Below are positions 10,317-19,785 of a stretch of DNA of 64,000 nucleotides, one piece after another. Origin of the DNA: Phycisphaerales bacterium (GTDB lineage Bacteria; Planctomycetota; Phycisphaerae; WQYP01); NCBI GenBank assembly GCA_009781185.1, contig WQYP01000001.1, positions 20,102 through 84,101 of the forward strand, given 5' to 3'. Position numbers and translations under genes: made by a program. Below the pieces are notes generated by a model. The model searched no databases. It saw only the letters and a list, made by a program, of their open reading frames with translations, and was not told the DNA's origin. Position 1 is the first letter of the stretch. Each line of letters begins with the position of its first letter.

Positions 10317-12242
10317 ATGAACTTGGAAAAGCGATGGTGGACGCGTGAGGATATTTTGTTGTTGGTGATGTTGGGGGCGTTGTTGTTTTTGCCGGGGCTG
10401 GGGCAGATTGTGTTGTTTGACCGGGACGAGCCGCGGTTTGCGACGGCGGCGAGGGAGATGTGGCAGTCGGGGGATTATATTGTGCCGCGATTTAATGGGG
10501 GGCTTCGGTCGGACAAGCCGCCGCTGGTGTATTGGCTGATGACGGCAAGCTATTCGCTGATGGGGCAGGCGAATGAGTTGGCGGCGAGGTTGCCGTCGGC
10601 GATCTGCGGAACGCTCACGCTCATCGTGGTCTATCTGATGGCGGCGGCAAGGTTCGGACGGGTGACAGGATTGCTCGCGGCACTGATCCTGGGATCGTGC
10701 AGTCTTTTCGTGGTCGAATCCCGCATGGCGACGGCGGATGCGGCGATGCTGCTGTTCACGGTGATCTGCATGGCCTGCATGTGGCAGGCGTGGGACACGA
10801 CGGGAAAGAAGCCAGAAGCCAGAAGCCAGAAGCCAGAAGGAGAAAATTCAAAATGCAAGATTCGAAACGACGACGGGAATGAACCATCACAGACAGACAC
10901 AAACAGACACAGACAGACACCTTCAGGCTTCAGGCTTCAGGCTTCAGGCTTCTGGCTAGCGTTGGCGTGCGGGGTGCTGACCAAAGGGGTGCCGCTGTTT
11001 TTTGTCTTGGTGCCGGTGGTGGTTTTGTCGCTGTGGCAGCGTTTCACCGGCGGCAATTGGCGTTGGTGGCGAAACTTGAAGCCAATGGTTGGGATACCGT
11101 TACTGATGGCACTGGTGCTGTGGTGGGTCGTTCTGGCGGGGATGCAGACGCATTGGGACTTGATTCGGCAGATGGTGGGGGTTCATTTTTTTGCACGGGT
11201 GGCGGGGCCGCTGGCGAAGTGGTTGCCGTTTCAGATACAAGATGTGCCGCGGACCGGGGGAAACGATCCGATGGGGAGTTACAGCAAGCCGCCAGGGTTT
11301 TATTTGTTGATGGTGTGGGTGACGTTCTGGCCGTGGAGCGTGCTGCTGGTTCCGACGGCGTTTCACACCGTGAAACGTGTGTTGGGGAAGACGGCGCTCG
11401 TGGTCGATCCGCGGCCATATCGGTTTCTGCTGGCGTGGATTGTGCCGATGTGGATTTGTCTGGAGATTGCCAGGGGTAAGCTGCTGCACTATCCGCTGCC
11501 GCAGTATGTTGGGATTGCGATTTTGTGTGCCGATGCGCTCGTGCAGAGTTGGCATCGATTGACAGATGTCTTCGCGGCGAAGTGGTTCGGGGGAGGAAGA
11601 TGGCTGATGCTGGCGATCTGGGTGGGATTGGCGGCGGCGGTGCTGATCGTGGCGAAGCAGGCGAAAGAGGCAGAGCTATTCTGGCGATGCATTCCGCTGG
11701 CGGGGGCGTTTGTCGCGGCGGGAGTGGCACAGGCGATTGCGTGGGATCGGCCGAGCTGGCCGTTCGTGACGGTATTGGGATGGGCGGCGGCGCTGTTGGT
11801 GCTCTTCGCGTTGGTGTTGCCGGCGATCGAGGGTATCCAGGTCAGCCGGGCTATCGGCAGTGCGATGCAGGCGGAGAAGCGGAACGATCCGGAATTGCAA
11901 TTGCTGGCGATTGGGTATGAGGAGCCGTCGCTGGTGTTTTATGCGGAGCATCAGATCGTCATGGGCCCGGCGGCGATGGAGATACTGGCGGAGCCAGAAG
12001 CCAGAAGATTTCTGGCGGCGGTGAATAGCGATTCCGATCCGAAACATCCGGGCGGTCTGGAACGGCTGCGGGAGAAAAATGTGGCGTTTCGGATCGTGAT
12101 GGAGCGGCGGGGATTTAATCCGGCGAATCAAAAGCTGCTACGTGTGCTGCTGATTACGAATGAGCCGGAGAAAGCGACAGAGACGGAGCCGACGGAGGCA
12201 CGCGAAGTGCCTCCCCCCTCCTCGTCGCAATCTGGCGAGTGA
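10317..12242 (+). CDS. ArnT-like (GT39/GT83) lipid/polyprenyl glycosyltransferase
   Basis: LFDRDEPRFATAAREM, R.DKPPLVYWL, ARLPSA, LTKG motifs; multi-TM. Confidence 0.9.
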   Translation: MNLEKRWWTREDILLLVMLGALLFLPGLGQIVLFDRDEPRFATAAREMWQSGDYIVPRFNGGLRSDKPPLVYWLMTASYSLMGQANELAARLPSAICGTLTLIVVYLMAAARFGRVTGLLAALILGSCSLFVVESRMATADAAMLLFTVICMACMWQAWDTTGKKPEARSQKPEGENSKCKIRNDDGNEPSQTDTNRHRQTPSGFRLQASGFWLALACGVLTKGVPLFFVLVPVVVLSLWQRFTGGNWRWWRNLKPMVGIPLLMALVLWWVVLAGMQTHWDLIRQMVGVHFFARVAGPLAKWLPFQIQDVPRTGGNDPMGSYSKPPGFYLLMVWVTFWPWSVLLVPTAFHTVKRVLGKTALVVDPRPYRFLLAWIVPMWICLEIARGKLLHYPLPQYVGIAILCADALVQSWHRLTDVFAAKWFGGGRWLMLAIWVGLAAAVLIVAKQAKEAELFWRCIPLAGAFVAAGVAQAIAWDRPSWPFVTVLGWAAALLVLFALVLPAIEGIQVSRAIGSAMQAEKRNDPELQLLAIGYEEPSLVFYAEHQIVMGPAAMEILAEPEARRFLAAVNSDSDPKHPGGLERLREKNVAFRIVMERRGFNPANQKLLRVLLITNEPEKATETEPTEAREVPPPSSSQSGE

Positions 12243-13800
12243 GCTGGCGGTAGACGGTGACAATTTGTCCCGCGGCGTCGTCCCAGGAGAGCTGGCGGAC
12301 TTCATCATGGCCCTGCTCGCGAAGCGTGGCGGAAAGCGAGGGGTGGTGGAGGACGGCGAGAATTTTGTTGGCGAGATCCTCGGTGTCCCAGAAATCGACT
12401 TTGAGCACGTGATGCAGCACTTCGGCGACGCCGCTCTGTTTGCTGATGATGACAGGGACGTCGTGAGCGAGTGCGTCGAGCGAGGAGATGCCGAAGGGTT
12501 CGGAGATGCTGGGCATGACGTAGACGCTGGCGATGTTGAGGATTCGTTCGCGTTCTTTTTTGTTGAGGAAGCCAGTGAAGGTGACACGGTCCGAGATTTT
12601 CAGGGATTCCGCCAGGTCCATGAGGGTATCGAGCATTTCGCCATGACCGGCAACGACGAAACGGGCGTCGGGCTCGACGGAAAGGACTTTCTTGGCGGCC
12701 TGAAGAAACAGGTCGGGGCCTTTCTGCTTTGCGAGGCGGCCGAGGAAAAGGATCGTTTTTTGTTTCTTACCACCCACCCCGCAAAGCGGGGTCGCTACAT
12801 CGTCTGTCTGTGTTTGTCTGTGTCTGCCTGTGACTAATTTTGTCGCCGCTTCCGGGTCGGCGGCGTTGTAGACGACTTCGATCTTCCGCGGGTCGATGCC
12901 GTAGCGGTCGACGAGTTGGGCTTTGGTTTTTTGGCTGACGGCGATGATATTGGCGGCGGCGAGCATGCCTTTTTTTTCGATTTCGAGGATTCGCGGGTCG
13001 CCGTGGTCGCCGGCACGGTCGAGTTCGGTGGAGTGGATTTGGACGATCATGGGTTTGCCGCTGGCGGCGGAGACGGCCATGGCGGCTTCGAAAGTCATCC
13101 AGTCGTGCGCGTGAACGACATCAAAAGTTTCCTGACGCGCGATGCCCAGCGCCAGGCGCGCGTAGCGTTCGGTTTCAGCGAACAGATCGTCGGCGTATTG
13201 CGAGAGCAACGCTTCCGCGGGAGAGACGGCGTAATGTTCCAGGTAACGGCCGGGAGGAGGAGAGGGAGGGAGGGGGAGAGGGGGAGAAGGGGAGACAACG
13301 TCGATGGGCGTGGGCTCAACGACCGGTGGCGGCAGTTGCGACCAGTTGCCGGCGGAATCACGCACCACTTCCTCGACCACGATTTGCTGATATTGCTGAG
13401 GCGTCAGGTACGGCTGCAGCCATACATCGACGGGGACGAAAGTGATCCGTTTGAGCGTTTCCTGCGGCAACTCTCTTCTGACTTCTGGCTTCTGGCTTCT
13501 GGCTTCTTCTCCCGAAACTTTCGGCAGTGTCGGCAGAGCCGGGGGCTGACATTGCGTTGTACGCTGGGCATCTTCGAGTGCCGCGTGCACTTCAGCGGTG
13601 CTGGCCGACGACACCAGCCGCTTCGTCTGCCCGTGCTTGGGACCGCTCCCTCCGCGCCCATTTTGCGCCAGCGGTTTGGGCAGCACGAACATCACATCGA
13701 CGTTTCGAGCATTGAGCGACTTGACCAAGCCGTAGCAGGCGACGCCCAAGCCGCCCGATACCATCGGCGGAAACTCCCAACCTAGCATGAATACTTTCAC
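12154..13800 (-). CDS. GT4 family glycosyltransferase (glycogen-synthase-like)
   Basis: MLGWEFPP..SGGLG, HAHDWMT, FLGRLAKQKG, PSISEPFGISSLDA; 3' end overlaps the convergent ArnT gene by 89 bp. Confidence 0.9.
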   Translation of the reverse strand: MKVFMLGWEFPPMVSGGLGVACYGLVKSLNARNVDVMFVLPKPLAQNGRGGSGPKHGQTKRLVSSASTAEVHAALEDAQRTTQCQPPALPTLPKVSGEEARSQKPEVRRELPQETLKRITFVPVDVWLQPYLTPQQYQQIVVEEVVRDSAGNWSQLPPPVVEPTPIDVVSPSPPLPLPPSPPPGRYLEHYAVSPAEALLSQYADDLFAETERYARLALGIARQETFDVVHAHDWMTFEAAMAVSAASGKPMIVQIHSTELDRAGDHGDPRILEIEKKGMLAAANIIAVSQKTKAQLVDRYGIDPRKIEVVYNAADPEAATKLVTGRHRQTQTDDVATPLCGVGGKKQKTILFLGRLAKQKGPDLFLQAAKKVLSVEPDARFVVAGHGEMLDTLMDLAESLKISDRVTFTGFLNKKERERILNIASVYVMPSISEPFGISSLDALAHDVPVIISKQSGVAEVLHHVLKVDFWDTEDLANKILAVLHHPSLSATLREQGHDEVRQLSWDDAAGQIVTVYRQLTRQIATRRGEALRVPPSAPSLSLSPAHS

Positions 13801-13899
13801 AGCTATCGGCCTCCAAGGCGGATCCCCAACTCACACGACCCGTTACTATCCCTCAAGATGTTGCACGTGTCAAAGCCGCCAATGAGCACTCGGCGGGTT

Positions 13900-14036
13900 G
13901 GTACCGCGACCGTTAGGGAACGAGAGGGCAGTTCCCACGGTGCTCCAACGAACCTTTTCGCTATCAAAGCACAACCACCATTTATCTCCCCACAAGTCGA
14001 ACACGTGATCCGGCACTCCCTTACGGTCGTGGTACC
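13900..14036. repeat. REP-like inverted pair related to 6957-7036
   Basis: ggtaccgcgaccgttagggaacg ... cactcccttacggtcgtggtacc. Confidence 0.7.
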
Positions 14037-14117
14037 AGGTGGGGAGCCTTGCGATTCCTCGCAAGGCTATATAATAGGCTCACTTTCTTCTTCATGCGGT
14101 ACATTTCGGGAGCCGTC

Positions 14118-14609
14118 ATGCAAACGTTTTTGAACAAATACGGAATTTACCTTGTCGTGGTTCTTTTCGCCCTCGTAGCTCTGGTGATATGGATCAATGC
14201 CAAACGCGCCAGTTCCGGGACCGGCAGGTCGAACATGGGCTTCTTCATTGATGAAGAGACTGGTGAAGAATCTGTGCGTTCCTTGAGCGAGTTGCCGCCA
14301 CTGATGGGCAAATCCGGCCGCCCCACCGTGGTTCGCGCCATGAAGTACGGTTTCGCAGACAACTCCGACAAGAGGTCCGATGAGCGCACCGTCTACCTCA
14401 CCAAATTTACGCCGGAAGTGCAGGAAGCCCTCAAAACCTTGCCAGAGAATGATCCGAAACGTCCCGAGCTGTTTTTCTCAGGCCAACTCGTTCGCTCCCC
14501 ACAACCTGACAGCAAATGGATTCTGCTCAACAATCCCGCCAGCCAGGCAATCACCGTGTTGCCCAATCCACCCGCGGGCAAACGCATCGTGCTGATCTCC
14601 CCCAAGTGA
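14118..14609 (+). CDS. Membrane-anchored hypothetical protein
   Basis: GGAG RBS before MQTFLNKY; single N-terminal TM helix. Confidence 0.65.
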   Translation: MQTFLNKYGIYLVVVLFALVALVIWINAKRASSGTGRSNMGFFIDEETGEESVRSLSELPPLMGKSGRPTVVRAMKYGFADNSDKRSDERTVYLTKFTPEVQEALKTLPENDPKRPELFFSGQLVRSPQPDSKWILLNNPASQAITVLPNPPAGKRIVLISPK

Positions 14610-14839
14610 TGCAGGTGTGCTGTTTCTCCGGGCACGCATGGGACACCCATGGGCAGGGGTGCGTGGCATGTTTTGCAGAACGAGCGTTGATCTTCGATCA
14701 ACGGCTAAACTTGATACGGGTCGCCCAAGGGCGACCGCTAAAAGTATATCTGTTCCCCGGCTATCTGCATTTCATGCCATGCACCCCATGGGCGGGATGA
14801 CAGGTTGTCTCGGTTGGCGTTTGCGTGTAATTTGTCGAT

Positions 14840-15817
14840 ATGACATATCTCCGTCCACAAGTTGCTCTTGTGCGTGTTTCGACTGCCTTGCTTGCGATTC
14901 TGATGCTGGTCGGATGCACCACGTATGTTTCGCCGAATGATGTTCCACGGCAAATTATTGGTTTGCATCAACGCGTTCCTTACGAATTGGTAGGTGATCC
15001 GCTGTGCCCCACGCCCACTGTCGAGGTCGAAATCAACGGGGTCAAGGGCAGGTTCCTGGTGGATACCGGGTGCCCGCAAAGTTGCATGACGCCTGACTTC
15101 TGCCGACGTGCTCATCTTTCCACCCAGGCCGCCAATCAGGAAGGCACTGTTCAACAGGCATACGTCTCGGAGCTTCGTGTCGGGCCGGTGGTCTTCAAGG
15201 ACTTTTACATTTTTTGCGACGAGCTCAAGGTCGGCGTTACGCATGTCGATGGCTTCCTGGGGGCAACGCTTCTTCTGGCGGATACGTTCACCATTGATTC
15301 GCGAGATCGATTCATTGTCTGGGGAGATGCGGGCTGCGGCGAACCGATTAAAATCGCTGTGCAAGGCGGGTACGGGTTCTTTCTTGCGCACTTCCGAGCG
15401 ACAGTCCTGGCCAGGATCAACGGATATGTGACACCCCTGATTATTGATACAGGATCTTCTGTTACGCATATCAATCGAAACATGTACTTGCGGCAGCGAG
15501 ATCAGGGGGCGCCCGAGTGGCGACATTTCACTCGCGCCCAAGACAAGCCGCTGCAGATCGAACATCCCCACGAGACGGTGACAATCCGAGAAATTGATTA
15601 TCTGCCGGCTCTTGAGATCGCACTCGGCGCGTTCCACCAGGATACGTTCGAAGGGCGATCGTTTCTCGTGAATGTGATCTTCGCCGATCCCGATGGCGAA
15701 CCCGAGGTCCTCGGGTTCAATGTGTTAAGCCAATGCGTTGTCACGATCGACGCTCAGAACGAAAAGCTTTATTTGGCGTCATTGCCGGTAGCGGATACGC
15801 AGCCAGGGCACCAGTGA
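14840..15817 (+). CDS. Tandem retropepsin-like aspartyl protease (probable lipoprotein)
   Basis: Two catalytic motifs FLVDTG and LIIDTGS; GFLG/VLG closing motifs; LVGC lipobox-like sequence. Confidence 0.85.
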   Translation: MTYLRPQVALVRVSTALLAILMLVGCTTYVSPNDVPRQIIGLHQRVPYELVGDPLCPTPTVEVEINGVKGRFLVDTGCPQSCMTPDFCRRAHLSTQAANQEGTVQQAYVSELRVGPVVFKDFYIFCDELKVGVTHVDGFLGATLLLADTFTIDSRDRFIVWGDAGCGEPIKIAVQGGYGFFLAHFRATVLARINGYVTPLIIDTGSSVTHINRNMYLRQRDQGAPEWRHFTRAQDKPLQIEHPHETVTIREIDYLPALEIALGAFHQDTFEGRSFLVNVIFADPDGEPEVLGFNVLSQCVVTIDAQNEKLYLASLPVADTQPGHQ

Positions 15818-15860
15818 TCGCCAACCACCTCAGCATTTTTCTCCCACAATCGGGAAATAA

Positions 15861-15893
15861 ACCAAAAGAAAACGGCGTTCTTTTGGAACGCCG
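15861..15893 (-). terminator. Rho-independent terminator after rplM-rpsI
   Basis: Minus strand CGGCGTTC-CAAAA-GAACGCCG followed by TTTTCTTTT. Confidence 0.75.
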
Positions 15894-15923
15894 CAGGGGT
15901 TTCTGGAGGGTAGTGCGTTGGGA

Positions 15924-16397
15924 TTAACGCTTGGAGAACTGGAAGCTGCGTCGGGCGCCGCGTCGGCCGTACTTTTTGCGTTCCTTCATGCGGCTGTCAC
16001 GTGTGAGGCAGCCGCCATCTTTGAGGGCGGGACGGAACGAGGCGTCGAAGAGCGACAGGGCGCGTCCGAGGCCCTGGACGAGAGCGCCGGACTGGCCGGT
16101 GTAGCCGCCGCCGGTGACGTTCACGAGGATGTCGAGATTGCCGGCGATGTTGGCGGCGATGAGCGGGGAGCGGACGAAATGCCGATCCTTGGTTTCCTTG
16201 AAGTAGTCGTCGACTTCGCGGTCATTGACGATGAACTTGCCGTCGCCTGCGGTGATGCGGACACGGGCGACGGATTTTTTCCGGCGGCCTGTGCCCCAGA
16301 AGTAGACCTTGTTGCCGATGACGACCTTGCCGCGGGAACTGGGGGCGGCGGCCGGCTTAGCGGGAGTAGGCGAGGTGGTTGTGGTCGTGTCTGCCAT
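15924..16397 (-). CDS. rpsI: 30S ribosomal protein S9
   Basis: GTGRRKKSVARV, GGGYTGQSGA, LTRDSRMKERKKYG...FQFSKR. Confidence 0.98.
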   Translation of the reverse strand: MADTTTTTSPTPAKPAAAPSSRGKVVIGNKVYFWGTGRRKKSVARVRITAGDGKFIVNDREVDDYFKETKDRHFVRSPLIAANIAGNLDILVNVTGGGYTGQSGALVQGLGRALSLFDASFRPALKDGGCLTRDSRMKERKKYGRRGARRSFQFSKR

Positions 16398-16466
16398 GGT
16401 TTTTGGTCCTGAGTTTTGAAGTTTGGGGTCCTAAAGTACGTTAAAGCCGGGGGAAATTGGGGAAAA

Positions 16467-16946
16467 TTACAGTTCGAGTTTTTCCGGGCGCTGGGCGGCG
16501 TGTGCGTGAGCGGCGTCCTTGTAGCATTTGAGCTTGCGGAGCATCTGCTCGCCGAGACTATTCTTGGGGAGCATGCGGCGGACAGCCATCTCGAAAACAG
16601 TGTTGGGTTTGCGAGCAAGCAAATCTTTGAGGGACGCAGTACCGCGGCCGCCTGGATAGTAGGTGTAATAGTCGTATTCGCGCTGATCGAGCTTGCGACC
16701 GGTGACTTTGATCTTGGTCGTGTTGATGACGACGATGTAATCGCCGGTATCGACATTGGGCGTGTAGATCGGCTTGTGCTTGCCCATCAGTCGCATAGCG
16801 ACCTCGGCGGCAAGGCGACCGAGAATTTTGTCGGTGGCATCGACGAGATACCAGCGAGCGTCGACGTGGCCGACCTTGGCGATGGTGGTTTTGCCCGCAG
16901 GTTTAGCGATGCGGCGAATCGGCTTGGCGGGGGCGGCGGTGGTCAT
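16467..16946 (-). CDS. rplM: 50S ribosomal protein L13
   Basis: WYLVDA...LGRLA...LMGKHKPIYTPNVDTGD...YPGG...MLPKN; start set at MTTAAP. Confidence 0.97.
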   Translation of the reverse strand: MTTAAPAKPIRRIAKPAGKTTIAKVGHVDARWYLVDATDKILGRLAAEVAMRLMGKHKPIYTPNVDTGDYIVVINTTKIKVTGRKLDQREYDYYTYYPGGRGTASLKDLLARKPNTVFEMAVRRMLPKNSLGEQMLRKLKCYKDAAHAHAAQRPEKLEL

Positions 16947-17058
16947 GACTACCTGTTCCTCAACAATCACGCGAGCAAAGCGATATGCCCTGCTCAAACC
17001 GACCGGAGCGATTTCGCGGCACAAGAACAGCGCATCAGCCCCTGACGGGAAACATTAC

Positions 17059-17108
17059 AGAATACGCTTTTAGCGGAGATTGTCAAGGGCGATCAGATGT
17101 GATAAGAT
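17059..17108. promoter_or_regulatory. Back-to-back sigma70-like promoters for rplM (-) and tRNA-Pro (+) with overlapping -35 boxes
   Basis: Plus strand: TTGTCA(17080)-N17-TAAGAT. Minus strand: TTGACA(17086)-N16-TATTCT. Confidence 0.6.
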
Positions 17109-17120
17109 ACGTTTCCTGAA

Positions 17121-17195
17121 CGGGGCGTAGCGCAGCCTGGCTAGCGCACCTGACTGGGGGTCAGGGGGTCGCAGGTTCAAATCCTGTCGCCCCGA
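17121..17195 (+). tRNA. tRNA-Pro (GGG), CCA not encoded; prophage integration site
   Basis: CGGGGCG/CGCCCCG acceptor stem, GCGC D-stem, CCTGA-CTGGGGG-TCAGG anticodon arm, GCAGG-TTCAAAT-CCTGT T-arm. Confidence 0.97.
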
Positions 17196-18685
17196 CTTGC
17201 GTCGAGAAATGGCCCTTCGGTGAAAACATCGAAGGGCTTTCTCTTTGTCGTTACTAGACTTACGTCACTCAATGACCGTTTCAATAAAATACAAGTCAAA
17301 ATCTGGCGACGGAGGTCTGTATCAGAAACTTTCCACCGTGCCCCGACATTTTGAGCAAAATCGAACGTTTCTAGGACGCGTTTGCGGAACTCTTCGCTCG
17401 GAGGAGCGGCCTCGGCGAGACGGTCGCGGAGTTGGTCGGTTTCGAGTTTCAATTCTGTGGATTTGGCGGTGAAGGTGGATTTATCGATGCTGCCGACGAG
17501 ATAGCCGTCGAGGAGGCGTTGCTGGATTTGGGTGATTTCGGTTTGGCGTTTGCGGAGGGTACGGTTGATTTCTTCCTGCAGGCGGACGTTGTTGTCGCAT
17601 GCCAGGGCGAGGCTTTGGCGGAGCCAGTTGCGACGCTCGTCGTCGGGGATGCGTAGGGTGGCGAGTTCGGTGGTGATGGCTTCTTCGAGTTGGTCTTGCC
17701 GCCAGCGGACGACGGGGTGGTCAGCGGTGGGTTCGAGGTTGCCGCAGCGGTAGTAGATGTATTCGTGGACTTTTCCAGATTTCATTTTTCGGCGGATGCG
17801 TTCGCTGGTGATTCCGAAGCCGCAGTGTTCGCAGGTGAACATGCCGCCGGCGAGGTAGTGGTTGGTGTTGCGGCCTCCCCCCCGGCGGTTCTTGCCGTGG
17901 AGGAGGTCTCGGCATTCTTCGAAGGTTTTCATGTCGATGATGGGTTTGTGTTTGCCGGGGTAGGATTGGCCGCGAAAGGTGACCATGCCGATGTAGAAGC
18001 GGTTGTTCAATATGTAGGAGAGAGCGGTGCGGTGGAAGCGGGGGTAGCTGGGTTGGTAGACGTAGCCTTCGCATTCCATTTTGTCGGCGATGTCGCGGAA
18101 GGTGTAAGTGCCGGTGGCGTAGAGTTCGAAGATTCGTTGGACGGCGGTGGCGTTGACGTCGTGGGGTTGGATAGGTTCTTCTTTGTTGCTGACGTTGAGA
18201 TAGCCGTAGGGGGCGGAGCCGGGGGCCCAGCCTTGGCGGACTTTTTCTTCGATGCCTTTCAATACTTCGGTGCGGAGGTTGTCGGAATAATACTGGGCGA
18301 CCGCAGCCATGACATTGAAGGAGAGAGCACCGGCGGCTCCGGGGCCGAATTGGTTTTCGACGAAGGAGAGTTTGATGCCGCAGGTGTCTTCGAGTTCCTG
18401 CAATCGCACAGCGTCGCGCATATTGCGGCAGGTGCGGTCGAGCTTGTGGGCAAGGATGTAATTGAGTTTGAGCTTGCGGGCGTTGGCTTTCACCCATTTG
18501 AGCATTTCGTTGAAGACGGTGCGTTCTGCACCGCGTTTGGCGGATTCGGCGACGACGAATTCGCGGGCGATGGCCCAGCCTTCGCGGTTGGCTTTTTCGC
18601 GGGTCACACGAAGTTGTGCGTCGATGGAATAACCCTCGCGTTGCTCTCTTGAAGAAACTCGTGCCCAAATCACACAGTTCTGCAT
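17177..18685 (-). CDS. Large serine recombinase (integrase)
   Basis: WARVSS catalytic motif, KLDR..RN, recombinase domain (APYGY, LNNRFYIG), Zn ribbon CEHCG...YYRC, coiled coil; ends SRGDRI* inside the tRNA. Confidence 0.95.
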   Translation of the reverse strand: MQNCVIWARVSSREQREGYSIDAQLRVTREKANREGWAIAREFVVAESAKRGAERTVFNEMLKWVKANARKLKLNYILAHKLDRTCRNMRDAVRLQELEDTCGIKLSFVENQFGPGAAGALSFNVMAAVAQYYSDNLRTEVLKGIEEKVRQGWAPGSAPYGYLNVSNKEEPIQPHDVNATAVQRIFELYATGTYTFRDIADKMECEGYVYQPSYPRFHRTALSYILNNRFYIGMVTFRGQSYPGKHKPIIDMKTFEECRDLLHGKNRRGGGRNTNHYLAGGMFTCEHCGFGITSERIRRKMKSGKVHEYIYYRCGNLEPTADHPVVRWRQDQLEEAITTELATLRIPDDERRNWLRQSLALACDNNVRLQEEINRTLRKRQTEITQIQQRLLDGYLVGSIDKSTFTAKSTELKLETDQLRDRLAEAAPPSEEFRKRVLETFDFAQNVGARWKVSDTDLRRQILTCILLKRSLSDVSLVTTKRKPFDVFTEGPFLDASRGDRI

Positions 18686-18686
18686 T

Positions 18687-18941
18687 TCATTTCCTTTCTT
18701 TGTTCCGACTCAATGTATCGACGAGGTTCTTGAGGTTCATTAGGATCTCGACAGCCTCGTGGTCGGCGAGAGTCTCGTCGTAGTATGGCGACCAGACGCG
18801 GATCGTTTCGGCGACGGCTTCGTTGGTGATCCAGGCGGCGCTGGGGAGGTTTCGGGCAGCCGTGGCGGTCGTTCGATCCGGAGTACATGGTTGATCGTTT
18901 CTGGCTTGAAATCCAGTCGTTTCCGATGCATTTCTCATCAT
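18687..18941 (-). CDS. Small hypothetical protein coupled to the integrase
   Basis: Start overlaps the upstream stop; its stop abuts the integrase ATG. Confidence 0.6.
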   Translation of the reverse strand: MMRNASETTGFQARNDQPCTPDRTTATAARNLPSAAWITNEAVAETIRVWSPYYDETLADHEAVEILMNLKNLVDTLSRNKERK

Positions 18942-19477
18942 TATTCCTCCTCCGTCTTTGTATGGTTTGGTGTATAGTTTGGGTCGATCCAGATTTTCAG
19001 GCCGGTGTCTTCGAATGTTTTTCTGATACGCCAGACGGCGTGATCCACGGTGGCGCGGCAGCAGTTCAGACGTTGAGCGATGTCCGTTGTGGTGTGGCCC
19101 TGCGCGAGGTGTTGGCAGATGACGCGATCCTGTTCAGAGAGTTGCGTCATGGCGTTTTTCAAATCCAAGCGCAGGTCTGCAGTGGCATCGGTGGTTGATT
19201 CGCGGACTTGGGTTTGCATGCGTTCGATGCGTCGTTGGTGGCGACGATTGGCGCGGCGGTGGACTTTGATTTGGTTGTCGATCACGGCCGTCATTGCGGT
19301 GGTTTCGCTGGCTCCGTTGGAGATGGCGGGGTCGTAACGAAACTCCATCAGAAGCGGCACGATTTGCTGTTGCAGGTCATCGTGTTCGTCGGCGCGGATG
19401 CGGTAATACCGGACGCGGCGAGCGATCAATTCCAGGACTTCGGGCGGGACCATTCCGGCATAATTGTTTGCGAACAT
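18941..19477 (-). CDS. Sigma-70/ECF-like regulator (region 2 plus HTH)
   Basis: DDLQQQI, LRLDLKNAMTQLSEQDRVIC..LAQGHTTTDIAQRL; start set at MFANNY with AAAGG upstream. Confidence 0.75.
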   Translation of the reverse strand: MFANNYAGMVPPEVLELIARRVRYYRIRADEHDDLQQQIVPLLMEFRYDPAISNGASETTAMTAVIDNQIKVHRRANRRHQRRIERMQTQVRESTTDATADLRLDLKNAMTQLSEQDRVICQHLAQGHTTTDIAQRLNCCRATVDHAVWRIRKTFEDTGLKIWIDPNYTPNHTKTEEE

Positions 19478-19580
19478 GGCGAGCCTTTCACGAAAGGAAA
19501 GTGGTGCTTCCGAGGCGTTCTCGGACGCGTTTCGCCATGTTCCAAAATTTACAGGATCATATATATAGGCTGAGGCATTG

Positions 19581-19660
19581 TCTGAAAAACTGTAATGTGA
19601 CACATATGCGCCACATTACAGTTTTTCAGACCATGTCTCAGACCATATGTGACACATATG
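19581..19660. promoter_or_regulatory. Palindromic operator-like region in the divergent control switch
   Basis: 19-bp IR tctgaaaaactgtaatgtg / cacattacagtttttcaga; catatgtg-a-cacatatg; GTGACACATATG occurs twice. Confidence 0.65.
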
Positions 19661-19785
19661 TGTTTACTAGATCACATCCAAATGATCTAGCAAATTTACC
19701 CCTTGGTGGCAAATAAGAGGTGTACGCAACGCATCCTGACGTACCGATGCAGGTCCGCTTTATGCGTGAATCGGAGTACCGATAA

